Source: Camelus ferus (lineage: Eukaryota). Taken from it: a DNA stretch of 64,000 nt. Under the pieces are notes generated by a model. That model made no database searches and was not told the DNA's origin. It saw only the letters and a list, made by a program, of their open reading frames with translations. Numbering within the stretch: the stretch's first letter is position 1; each line of letters opens with the position of its first letter. A program made the translations under genes and the position numbers. The stretch covers positions 116,004,001 to 116,068,000 of the forward strand of contig NC_045697.1 of assembly GCF_009834535.1 (NCBI RefSeq). Direction: 5' to 3'. This document shows positions 1 through 11,991 of the stretch, piece after piece.

Positions 1-1718
1 GAGGTTAGCATTTGGCCGAGACTTGGCAAGAGCAAAAGAAGAACGCGAGAGCCCAGGACGGTACATTTCAAGCCAGCAGGGGTCAGCCTGGAAAATCTTA
101 ACTGAAGCACGTTTCGCATAAAACAAAACCTGTGGCTTCAGCTCATCATCAAGCCAACAGCAAGGTTTCCTGATTGATAAAAGAGGATGATTCTAGAGCA
201 GACTGTTAGACTAATGAAATGGGCTCTTCTTGTATTTTTTATTTTGTTGTGAATTTTTAAAATTTCATTGAGATATAATTGACGTTATAATTTTAAATTT
301 AAAAAATTCACACAGAAGAGATTCAACTTGTCTGCTTTGAAGAAATATCTTAAAGAATATGAAAGTTTAAAAAAAAACAATGATTTAAAAAGATAGATCC
401 TCTGTAAAATTCTGGACTAATCCACTTTTAATGCTATTTTAGTTGTTTTCCCTTAAGCTTCTGTATTCGAATAGAATTTAATCTTGCCAAATAAAAAGTT
501 ACCAGGTACTCTGCTTCTTAGAACCACAAACTACCTACAAGCTAAGAGAAGGTAGCTTGCTATGATATTTCTAACCACAAAATTCCTTGGATTTTCTTGG
601 CAATTATATTTTCACTCTCTTTGGAAAGAGCCCAGACCAAAAATTCTTAGAGCCAGAATTACCTCATTAATTTAAGATAGCATTTGGGGCATTTGTCTAT
701 TGCTTTTTCTTTTTTAATAAAATATAAATTATCAGAAACTACTTCCCCGTGTGATGATTTTTTTTTTCGTTTTAGTTTGTGTCAAATACTGGGAGTCACA
801 TGATGCCTCCAAGTTCATAGTATTGTGTAGTTTTTGAAATAACAAGTCTGATTGAGACTATTTTCTGTCCAGCCAAAAATAGTCCAGCCATGGACCAAGA
901 TAATCCCTGTTGTTACTAATACTTAATACTCCAGAAAGAGTACTGGACTTTCAAGAATCCTCAAACCTCTTTGGTTTCAAGGCTCTAAAACCAATTCAAC
1001 TTTCTAGTGTGCAAAGAAAAAAGATTCTGAACTCATGAATTATCAGTGCTCAAGGTATAAAATGTCAAAAACAGCTCAGTGCAGTGTATTAACAGGTGTC
1101 ACGCAACTAATCTAAATGATTATATTATTTGCTCTCAACGTATTTATTGATCATCTACTGTAAGCAAAGAATTACATGGAAGAGTTTCAATGGAGAGTGA
1201 GATTATGAAAAGGACACAGTCCCAGTTGTTACAGTTCAGTGAGGGAGACAGACAAGCACAAATAATTAGAATAGGAAACACCCACCGTTTGCACTGCAGC
1301 GGAAGAGCTATGAATCTGGAAATTGGAGTAGTCCCAGTTACAGCAGAAACCAGCTGTATAACAGTGACTCTAACTCAGGGATGCTCTGTGACACGGTTCC
1401 CTAAGACATAAAACAGATGTGCTATGGGCTGGTCCAGTGGCCTCCAAATATTTTGAATTGCATACATTCATCAATAAAAATTGTGTAATCATACCTCCAA
1501 TATTTATGTACAATGATGTTCACGTGGTATATTTATTAGCTTGGGAGGCTTTTTAAAAAGTTACCAAAGCCAGGATCCCCACAAAGCTAATTACATCAAA
1601 GTATCTGAGAATCGGGTGTACACAAAGGTATTTTGAATGTAGCCCAAGGCTAGAAGAAGACACAGATGCACAAAGAAAAAATACTAGGATAGACTTTCAA
1701 ATCTGTTATGTGTGCTGT

Positions 1719-2235
1719 TGTAACAGAAAAGGACAACTCTGACTCCATATGAGAACTGTTCCTTTGGCTCTAACCCTGTGCCCTGTTTTCTAGGCTCGGT
1801 CTTGCTGGTTCTATACCTTTTGTGAAAGAATGTTGCCTAGAGCCTGAAATATACAGGAGAGCCCATCCTCAAGGCTCTGACCTTTAAGGATATTAACACT
1901 TTTGCATTCATATAAAGATAACAAGTTGCAGGATAGAAAAATACGTTTGTTTTGTTGGAGGTTTACAGGAGGTTCACACCATGACCTGACCCACGTTGAC
2001 AGCTGCAAGAACAAAGAATTCTTATGCCAAGAAGTTTCCAACAACCAAGCACACCCCTCCCCTTTTAGTATAAAAGGAGCCTGAATTCTGACTTGGAGAA
2101 GATGATTCTCCAGGACATTAGTCCCCCATCTTCTCAGTCTGCTGGCTTTCCAAATAAAGTAGCTGTTCGTTGCCCCATTTACTGGATTTACTGGCCTGTC
2201 GTGCGGCAAGCTGAACGAGTTTGGATTTCGTAACA
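1719..2235 (+). mobile_element. Solo ERV1-class LTR (MER41/MER4-like), 517 bp
   Basis: TGTAACA...GTAACA termini, TATAAAA at 2069-2075, AATAAA at 2153-2158, near-identical 4-bp flanks ctgt/ctat. Confidence 0.8.
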
Positions 2236-3199
2236 CTATGAAGAAATTTGATAGAAGTAGAAAAAATGAAGTGGAGGTAATAGCTCAGATAAAATGAAGG
2301 AACTTCCCTAGATAACATGATCAAAGGAAGCGTCTCCCTCCTCCTAGTAGGAGCTAAGCTGTGTGGGCTGTGGGCTGTGGGCTGTGGTTGTGCAGCACAG
2401 GCGATTGGCTGGACAATAACAAAATTCAAAACAGAGAGCAAAGCAGGACACTTCTATCCAGACAAATAAGTAGATGGGAAAAAAACACGCCTGAGGGGAG
2501 AGAAAGGAATCAGACACAAGCTGGTCCTACAGGACCCTTTAGTCAGACATCACCTGTCATCCGAGCCGCAGAGCAGTGCGGGTTAGATGTAAAATTCATG
2601 TGAGATGTACGGACAGGAATTTGACCATTTCTCTCTTTGGAAAAAAAATAATTCTGATAATTCAAAAAAGTATCTGGTAGCAATGATGTCACCGATCTCT
2701 GGAAAGTAGATTTAGATATTGGGAAAGAGTCTGTTTTTTAACAAAGAGATTCAAATAAAGCCTACTCTAGCCCTTAAACTGCTCTCATACAGATTTGTGT
2801 TTAAAGAAAATATTTGTTTTGCCCTAGCAGATTGTATCAGCGTCTGTGAGTTAAATGCAAACATGATTGTTATTGATTGGCGCTCTTTCCGTGAGCTTAA
2901 AAATTGTCTAAGACCTCTATCCAAATGTGTCCCACAGTGATAGCTGGATTGACAGATTGTCGGTTTAAAGATCTGAAATGTGCATAGAATGTGTTCAGCT
3001 GTTTAACATGTGGTTTACACATTCAGAAGTATGCATGTAGAATTTAGAAATGTGTTCGAAGTTAACTGTTAACTTTAATATTTGGTTTGGAAAACCATGT
3101 TATAATGTTTTCACACACACACACACAAAACCATATAAAAGCAGGCCAGTGAGGGTTTCAAAGAGTGAGTCACGTGGTCTGATGTTCATTTAAAGAAAA

Positions 3200-3610
3200 C
3201 ATTCTATGTACACTTAGTCTGAATATAGGCAAACCTATATAATCCATCGGTTTCACTCCTGGGTACATACCTAACAGGAATGTATACATATGATGTCCAA
3301 AAGGCACATACTAGAATGTTCATAACAGCATTCAAAATAGCCAAACACTGGAAACTACCCAAATGCCACCAACGGTAGAGTGAATACACTGTGGTGTATT
3401 CATATGATGAAACCCTATACACTCACGAGATTTGGCAATCGCCAACCACATGCAGCAACGCTGAGGATCTGACAAACATTGTGTGGGGTGAGAGGAACCA
3501 GGCATGAAAGAGTAATACTACATGGTCCATGTATGGTCCATACAATATACAAAAATAACTCTTCACCTGAACAAAGAGGTCGGGGGTACAGTGAACAGGT
3601 CATTTGAAGC
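3200..3610 (+). mobile_element. Old L1M 3'-end fragment
   Basis: Degenerate match to L1 3' motifs (cactcctgggtacatacc, agaatgttcataacagca, aaactggaaactacccaaatg). Confidence 0.65.
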
Positions 3611-3875
3611 CAAGGTTGAGGATTAATGATGTAATATATGGATACCATAAAGAGGCAGAATATCTCTCAAGCTTGTAATCTGAGTGTAGCTGAAGCAAAA
3701 ATATTTTCCTGTATGGAGAGAGACAGATTTCCAAATACAAATCATATATAGATATATATCTATTGCAGCTTGTAAATTCCTTTTTAAGAGAGAGCATTTT
3801 CAGGCAATTAACAGCTCCAGGTAGAAAAATTCTACTCACAGATTTTAAAACTCTTCTTTCAAGGAATTTTTTTTT

Positions 3876-4760
3876 AATGGCTATTAGGCACATGAAAAAA
3901 TGCTCAACAACACTAATTATCAGAGAAATGCAAATCAAAACTACAATGAGGTATCACCTCACAAGAGTCAGAATGGCCACAAATGACAAATGCTGGAGAG
4001 GGTGTGGAGAAAAGGGAACCCTCCTGCACTGTTGGTGGGAAGGTAGTTTGGTGCAGCCGTTATGGAAAACAGTATAGATATTCCTCAAAAAATTAAGAAT
4101 AGACTTACCCTATGATCCAGCAATGCCACTCCTGGGCATATATCTGGAGGGAACTCTAATTTGAAAAGATACATGCACCCCAATGTTCATGGCAGTAGTA
4201 TATACAATAGCCAAGACATGGAAGCAACCTAGATGTCCATCGACAGATGACTGGATAAAGAAGCTCTGGTATATTTATACAATGAACTACTACTCAGCCA
4301 TAAAAAAGAATAAAATAAAGCCATTTGCAGGAACATGGGGACCTAGAGATCATCATTCTTGGTGAAGTAAGCCAGACAAAGAAAGAAAAATACCATATGA
4401 TATCACTCATATGTGGAATCTAAAAGAAAAAAAATACACTGTGAACTCGTCTACAAAACAGAAACAGACTTGCAGACATAGTAAACAATCTTATGGTTAC
4501 CAGGGAAAGGATGTGGGAAGGGATAAATTTGGGAGTTTGAGATTTATAAATGTTAGTCACTGTATATAAAAATAGATTTTTTAAAAGTTTCTTCTGTATA
4601 GCACAGGGAACTATGTTCAATATCTTGCAATAACCTTTAATAAAAAATACGAAGACGAATACATGTATGTATATGCATGACTGGGACGTTGTGCCGTACA
4701 CCAGAAACTGACACATTGTAATTGACTGTGTACTTCAATAAATAAATAAATAAATAAATA
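3876..4760 (+). mobile_element. 5'-truncated L1 (ORF2 C-terminus + 3'UTR + (AAAT)n tail)
   Basis: ORFs read [14 protein letters not shown]...[18 protein letters not shown] and AKTWKQPRCPSTDDWIKKLWYIYTM, the L1 ORF2 Cys-rich end. Confidence 0.93.
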
Positions 4761-4954
4761 CTACCTGCCTGGATGCCCAAGACAAAATAAATAGAAAAAA
4801 CAGAGTCATCAGAAAGGAATGTCTGCAAGGGAAGATTACAGGAAGGAAAACCACAGAGGCCAATGAATACTAAGGGACTGTCGGCCAGACTCTGTCCTGT
4901 GATGGACTTTTCAAGTTACCCACTAAACACTCTTCTAATTTAAATGAGACTTCT

Positions 4955-5116
4955 GGGGAGGGGGAGGGTATAGCTCAGTGGAAGAGCATGTGCTTAGCAT
5001 GCAAGAGATCCTGGGTTCAATAGCCAGTACCCCTACTAAATAAATAAATAAACAAACAAACAAACAAACCTACCTAATTCCCTCTCCACTGACCCTCTTA
5101 AAAACTCACAAAACAA
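4955..5116 (+). mobile_element. tRNA-Ala-derived SINE (Vic-1-like)
   Basis: ggggagggtatagctcagtgg (A box) ... gggttcaat (B box), A-rich tail, degenerate TSD aaatgagacttct/aaataaggcttct. Confidence 0.88.
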
Positions 5117-5197
5117 AATAAGGCTTCTAAGTATTGGTCTGACTTGAATGTTCCTCCACGTGCTCTATACAGTCTAAATTTCCACTTCAGTCTTTGT

Positions 5198-5355
5198 CAA
5201 CCAAGTAAAGATTAGATTTTTTTCTTAGAAAATGCCCTTTTGTGTGTTTGCAAATTATGATTCTTAATTCCCAGCAACCAAGTAAATATTAGATTTTTTT
5301 CTTTCTTAGAAAATGCCCTTCTATGTGCTTGCAAATTACGATTCTTAGTCCCCAG
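5198..5355. repeat. Diverged tandem duplication, two ~77-81 bp units
   Basis: caaccaagtaaa..attagatttt..cttagaaaatgccctt..gcaaatta.gattctta.t.cccag occurs at 5198-5274 and 5275-5355. Confidence 0.9.
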
Positions 5356-5580
5356 GGAGGGAGGTACACGCTGGGCGGTGCTGCATTTATCTTGGTGAAC
5401 ATATGATTTCTTTACATCCGGACACCATCCACGGCCAGAGTCACACCTTCCCTTTACGAATGCCCTCATTTCAGAGGTGGGGCTGGAGGGATGAACAGGG
5501 GAGAAAAGAAACACCACCGTGATATGACAGGGACCTAGCAATTTCTAAGAGATGTCTCAACCTCTGCAGTATCGAAATAC

Positions 5581-5582
5581 AA

Positions 5583-5661
<79 letters not shown>

Positions 5662-5662
5662 A
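5581..5662. repeat. (AAAT)n tetranucleotide microsatellite, ~20 perfect units
   Basis: Read directly from the sequence. Confidence 0.97.
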
Positions 5663-7629
5663 AGGCCCTGCTCGAATCAGGACCGCAAACTCCTCAGGAG
5701 CCTCATCCTGTCCCTGTGTCTGGTGTTCGGGCTGCCCCGTCCCCTGGCGTTGCCACTGATCTCTCTAGCAAGGTCTCCCAACCTCTGACAGAGACGAACA
5801 GAGCCTGCATCCTCCGCAGTGACCTTTTCCCACTTGAATGTTTCCTCTGGCGCCGGCTCCCTCCGAGAGTCCGAGAGGCCGGGCCTGTGCGCTGGATGCT
5901 GCGGGGCATCCTGCCCACGGCGCTATTGAGGGAGGCTGCCCGCAGCCCGGCGGAGGAGGCGCGGTGGGTCCCCCGTGGTTGGAGGGGGAAGAAATACAAA
6001 GGCTTGCCAGCGAATCCTTAATGTGGAGGTGGCCTCCTGGGAAGCCAGGGAAGCTGGCAGACTAACCTGGGTGGAGTCATCAGAAAATGGAACAGCTATT
6101 TTTAGCACAAGTGCCTGGCATTGTGAAGGATGCTGCAAACAAAGCCTTCAAGGAGGGAAAGAGGAGGAAAAAAAAAAAAAGGACGGTGGCTACGGCTGTC
6201 AGCCTTGTAGGCAGGAGAAAGTAACTGCCTCCCACACGTACTTAGCAGGGTGGTCCGCTCCTGCGCAAGTGAATCAACTATTTTTAACCAAGGCATTGAG
6301 ATCAGAAGCCAATTGTTCAGTGATTCACCAGGATTGCAACTGAAAAAAAATGTCCAATTCTGGACTGTCCATTTGTCCATTCTGGCCGGTAGAGCCAGTT
6401 TTCAGCTACCCCAGCAAAGCAGGTGGAGCAAAACCTCAGAAACTAGATGCTCGGCTGCCTTCCTGAGAGCGCAGACCCCTGGTCCTCCTGCCAGCCCTGT
6501 CGTAATAGTACAAGAAAACAAAACAACACACACCAACACAATCACTGGAAAAGGCACGTATTCCCATGACACACACCGGTCTCGCCTTGAGGACATCAAA
6601 AATACTGCCCTTAGCGTCTTCAAATTAGGAAGCCCCTTTGATCTCCTGACTGTGAGCAAAATCGTGATTACAGTTTTACTAACTTGAATGTACACATTCC
6701 ATCCACACAGACAGTTTACTGTTGCTTGTGTAATTGTCGGACCCCAGTTGGCATGGTATAACAGAGAGCAGTACCTGGGGGCACCTGCTGGAAACCCAAG
6801 GGGAAAAGCACCGCACATAGGAAGTCTCTGGATAGCAATAATTCTAAGAGAAGATAGAGACCGACTCCAGAAACTTCCACTGAGCATCTTCCACATGCCA
6901 GGGACTGTGTGTCCAACACCATAAAGAATACAAAGGAAGCACGTTCTCTGACCTTGAGGGCTAAAGACATAGACACATGTGCCAATAAATGAATGCTTAA
7001 ATAATTGTTGGTCACTGTGTGCTCAAGAGATATGATTCAGTAGGTCTGGGGGGATTCCCCTAAAATTTGCATTTCTTACATGTTTGTAAGAGATTATTGT
7101 GCACCAACAAATTGGGGGACAACTGGTCCGGGTACTTAAAAACACAAGCCAAGTGCTCTGGGAGCACCAACATAGAATGAAATCAGGTGAAGTTTTGTAG
7201 AAGTAGTGGGATTTGAACTGGGATTTGAAAGCTTTTTAACAGGTGTGGGTGGGGATAAGGCAGTTCCAGAATGAGAGGAAACGTACCTTATGTATTCATT
7301 TGCACCTCTGTCCACTGAAACCAATTGGCAGTGCCCTCCAAAAAAAATTAAAACATGATTAAAGAAAAATATAAGAGAGGGATGGAGTTAAGAGAAGAAA
7401 GGGAATGACACAAGCCTTCAGTACTCAATATGATTTCTGCAAATGAGCATGTAAGCCTGACTTTAGGACACCTGTCATTGTATAAACAGTGTCGACAAAC
7501 ACAGCCACTTAGAAGGGCACATTCAAGGAACACCAAGGGGTTCAACAAAATGTTGGAAAAATAGATGGGGAAGGCTACAAAAAACAAGGCTATTCAGCAC
7601 CGTACAGTCTCGTACACTCCCAAAACACC

Positions 7630-8158
7630 TATTCCATGCCTGCCTTTAGCGTTTTTAAATGGCTCCCCAATTCTCTTATACTTCTCCCAATGAGAGATGA
7701 GCTCTGTGTTTCTCCTCCTTGACCGTGGACTTGCTGATCTACAGGAAACAGTAGAACCGATGCTTTTTGAAGGCCAGGCCAGGCCTTAGACACTGGCTGC
7801 CCCCACTCCCTGTCTCTTGGGACACTCACTCTTAGAACCTAGCCATCAGACTGTGAGGAAGGCCAGGCTCACAGGATGGGCACACGTTCCAGTTTACAGA
7901 CCCACTGAGATCTCAGCAAAAGAGCCATTGTCAGCTGCCAGACATGTAAATGAAGAATCTTCCAGATGATCACAGCCCCCAGCCATCAGGTCACCCTCAG
8001 CCTTCACATCTTTCTAATTGAGGCCCCAGACATCCTGGAGTAGAGACACATCCCCGCCCTGCTCTGGACAAATCCCTGACTCCTCGAGTCCATGCGCACT
8101 ATTAAATCATCAAGCCAGGAAATTTTGAGGTGGTTTGTTACACGGTGATTGGGGAACA
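7630..8158 (+). mobile_element. MaLR LTR (MLT1F/G/H-like)
   Basis: Typical motifs tgaggccccagacatc and ttttgaggtggtttgttacac; boundaries approximate. Confidence 0.65.
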
Positions 8159-8211
8159 CTTCCTTTTATTTATTTCCCCAGTCTCTCGACTCCTCGTCTG
8201 AACACGCCCCT

Positions 8212-8221
8212 ACACACACAG

Positions 8222-8255
<34 letters not shown>

Positions 8256-8258
8256 ACA
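8212..8258. repeat. (CA)n microsatellite
   Basis: Read directly from the sequence. Confidence 0.9.
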
Positions 8259-8269
8259 GAACTATTTTT

Positions 8270-9620
8270 CTCATTCTCAGTTAGTAGCCTTATTTCCCAC
8301 TTTCCAGAAAAATAAAAGCATCAAGTTGGAACCCTGTTTGTTATTCTGCTTCCACCAAACATATCCCATCCGCACCACTGTAGCAATCCTTCTGTTATAG
8401 CAAGAAAGGTCTTTCCTAGGGTAATCTGAGAGGCCTGTGAGGGGAGAGTGGAGGCTGGGGATTCAAAGCAGAGCTCTCTCAGAAAGCTCACTTTATCTTG
8501 AATTCAACCTTTTCTTTCTAATTGAGTCCTTCCCGTTCATATTTAAATACGTCCAGCTAGTTCTCCTTCAACCTCACAAGCAGCCCCGCCCAGACCCCAC
8601 GTTTCCGTTCCAGCCTCTGCCCTGTCTCTTCTTCCCTCACAGAGCTGAAGGCGCCAACCATCTCCCTATTATTGTCTCTCTCGTTCACTTTTCCGGCATC
8701 TTTAATCTCTAATCTGGCTTCCACCCCACTATTCTTTCTGAACAGTTCTCACTAATATCCCAGGAGATCTGCACTCCACTAAATCCAGGGCCTCCTCCGT
8801 AACGCCTTGAGCTGCACGCAACGAGGTTGAGAACTGCCCTCTGTCTCGGTCCACTGATGCTGCACAGCAACGTACCATAGCCGGCGGGGAGGGGGAGTGA
8901 ATAACAGGCATCTATTTCTCACAGTTCCAGAGGCTGGGACTCCAAGGTCAAGACACCTACACAACTGTTATCTGGCCAACGCCCACTTCCTGGCCTGGGA
9001 GTGGCCGTCTGAGAGGCCAAGGGAGCTCCCCGGGGCCTCTTAGATAAGAGCACTAACCGTATTCACGAGGCTCCACCCTCACGACCTAGGCACCTCCCAA
9101 GGGCTCTGTCTCCTAATCTTACACACTGGGGCTGAGGATTTTGATATTTTGAATTTTAGGGGGACACATTCAGTCCACAGCACCCTCTTCCTTAAAACAC
9201 TGTTTTCCACTTTTGATTTCCCTCCTATGACCCTGGCCACCACCTTCTCAGTTGTGTTTGCTGACTCGGTCTCCTCCACTCAGCCAGTAAATTTTGGAGT
9301 CTCCTCTCTCGGCCTCTGTCCTCCTCACTGTGTACTCTTTTCCTAGGAAATCACATCCACATCCTCAGTTTAATTACCACATAAAATCACAACTTCATGT
9401 TTCCAGCCCAGATCTCTACTGCATGGTATAACTCCATATAGCAGACTGCCTATTTAACACCTGTCTTCCCTCTTAAACCGGGTCCTCTTCCAACACTTCC
9501 AGTCCATGTGACTGGTACCCCACGTTCAATTATCCAAGCCCAGAAAACTAGCAGTTATCCATAGCATCTCCCTTCCTCCCCCACCACCATATTCAGTTTC
9601 TCTGTAATTGCAATCCTGAA
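8270..9620 (+). mobile_element. L2 fragment interrupted by an MLT1A LTR
   Basis: Pyrimidine-rich degenerate L2 motifs (tctggcttccacccca, ccagcccagatctct, tccaagcccagaaaact); boundaries approximate. Confidence 0.6.
8842..9182 (-). mobile_element. MLT1A-like MaLR solo LTR
   Basis: TG...CA ends, perfect 5-bp TSD CCCTC (8837-8841 / 9183-9187), motif tatttctcacagttccagaggctggga. Confidence 0.88.
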
Positions 9621-9879
9621 CACCAAGCCCCTGACCACACCAGGGACAAGACCAGTGCTTCCCCGAACATAAACACTGAATGCTCACCAAATCCAGGTGG
9701 CTGCCTCTCCGTGCTGCTATCATATGAGTGTCCTGCTCACTCAGGGGAGGGGCTGGTGCTTCCCTCATTGTGCATCTTAACAAGCCTGAGTCGAGAGGTT
9801 GTGGCCCCTCTCCCACCCTGTGGTGCTAGTGTAAATGGCTCTTTGCCCCTCTTCTCTTTGTTCTTCTCTGTTTTCCTCA

Positions 9880-10388
9880 GACCTTCATCATAAAGATGAG
9901 ATCACTAGGAAACATTTAACCTAACTCCTGACTTCTGCTCTACTGAATGCATGTCATGCTTTGCCTACCCATTGATTCCTCTCCTGGATTAAAAGGAGTG
10001 AAAATGAAGAACTATGTAGTTAAAGAATGACTGACTCTACTTCCAGTGTCCCCTTAGTAAATTTGCAAGTAGACCCTGAGGATGCAGGTGGAACACATAA
10101 GCAAGACAGAATCCAAAGGAAGATCAAGAGAGGTCAGCAGTCCTGCACGTAATGGAAAAATGAGAAGACTTTAGCCTTCCACCTTAATGATTAACTGAGA
10201 TTGTTTCTCCTTTTCCCTTTAAAATCTGTCACAGCTGAGCAGATCTTCAGAGTTGGTCTCTGGACATGAGTCCACCTTCTCCCCAGATTGCCGGCTTTCT
10301 GATTAAAACAACTTTCCTTTCTACTGACACTTGTCTCTTGAATTATTGGCTTTTGAGCCACAAGCAGCTGAACTTGAGTTTGGTAACA
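9880..10388 (+). mobile_element. ERV1-class LTR remnant (MER34/MER39-like); 5' boundary uncertain
   Basis: 3' end gcagctgaacttgagtttggtaaca, ATTAAA signal, and an R region resembling the LTR at 1719-2235. Confidence 0.6.
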
Positions 10389-11024
10389 CTAGACCCCTCT
10401 GCACTGCCCTAGAACACGCTGTGCGATGGCGGACACGCACTCCTGCTGCTGATCCTGTCCCCTTGAGTCTTGGTGCATCCTGCTCCACTGGCTGAAGTGG
10501 GTCTACTTCTATTTGGCTTCTAGCAAACTCAGCTGTGGATTTTGTTCCTAAAGGAAGGCTCAAGGTCTTTTTATTCAAGTACTCCAGGAAAAAGTCATTC
10601 ACAAGAGCTTGAAGCACAGGAGACACACAATGACTGATATCTGGGTTATACCAAATACCAAGCACAACCAGAGGATTTTTTTCCCCAAAAGCCTAGTGAT
10701 GAAGGAATTAAGCCCTTCATTGCAAGACACCACATGCAGTAGTTAGAGTTGGAATCCCAATGCGGTGATGCACTCTTACAGTTTTGCAATTTTTAAAAAA
10801 GCTGTAACCTCTTTCAAATAAGCATTATCAATATTCCTGACAAACAGGCTTTCTAAAATCTGCTTAACGGGCTCACAAGTCCACTTTCTCATGGTGTGCA
10901 GGGTAGCACAAGGTTTTTCCTCTTCTACCCGGACATAATGAGTCTCTTTCTCTATTGTTGGTAACAAGCCAATTCTCAGAACGGATCATGGGTTGGACCT
11001 GTATCTAAAGGAAAACCTCTCATG

Positions 11025-11991
11025 TTTTAAATTGAATTGTAACTGACTTACAATATTATATTAGTTTCAGGTGGACAACATAGTGATTTAATATTCTTAT
11101 AGATTATACTCCATATAAAGTTATTGTAAAATGTTCGCTATCTTCCCTGCGCTGTACACAACATCCTTTCATCTTACTTGTTTTATACCTAGTAGTTCGG
11201 ACCTCTTAATCCTCTTCCTCATTTTTGCCTCCCTCCACCCCTCATCCCACTGGTAACCACTAGTTTGTCCTCTGTATCTGTGAGTCTATTTCTGTTTCAT
11301 TATAGCTGCTCATTTGTTTTATTTTTTAGATTCCACATAAAAGTGAAAACATACACTGTTTTTCTCTGTCTGACTTACTTCTCTAAGCATAGTACCCTCC
11401 AGTTCCATCCATGTCATTGCAAATGGCAGAATTTCATTCTCTTTTATGACTGAGTAGTATTCCATTGTATATATACACATCTTTATCCACTCATCTGTTG
11501 ATGGACACTTAGGTTGCTTCCATGTCTTGGCAATTACAAACAATGCTGCTATGAACACTGGGGTGCATGTATCTTTTCCAATTAGTGTTTGCATTTTCTC
11601 AGATATATACCCAGGAGTGGAATTTATGGTCATACGGTAGTTCTATTTTTAACTTTTGAGGAACCTCCATACTGGTTTCCACAGTGGCTGCACCAATTTA
11701 CATTCCCACCAACAGTGTAGGAGGGGTCCCCCTTCTCCACATCCTCACCAGCATTTGTTATTTGTGGTCTTTTTGATGACGGCCATTCTGTCATGTGTGA
11801 GATGGTACCTCATTGTGGTTTCAATTTGCATTTCCCTGATGACTAGCTATGTGGAGCACCTTTCCATGAGCCTGTTGGCCATCTGTACATCTTCTTTGGA
11901 GAAATGCCTATTCATGTCACCTGCCCATTTTTAAATCAGATTGTTTGGGGTTTTTGATATTGAGTTGTATGAATTCTTTATATATTTTGAT
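11025..11991 (-). mobile_element. 5'-truncated L1
   Basis: Minus ORF TCTPVFIAALFVIAKTWKQPKCPSTDEWIK; flanked by a probable TSD aggaaa(a/g)cctctca. Confidence 0.93.

Noticed and set aside
856..890. 9-bp inverted repeat gactatttt/aaaatagtc overlapping a 9-bp direct repeat gtccagcca
   Set aside because: Too short and AT-rich to distinguish from chance or a tiny replication slip
4961..5040. tRNA-Ala gene (and similar copies elsewhere)
   Set aside because: Multiple diverged copies with A-rich tails and TSDs show these are tRNA-derived SINEs, not tRNA genes
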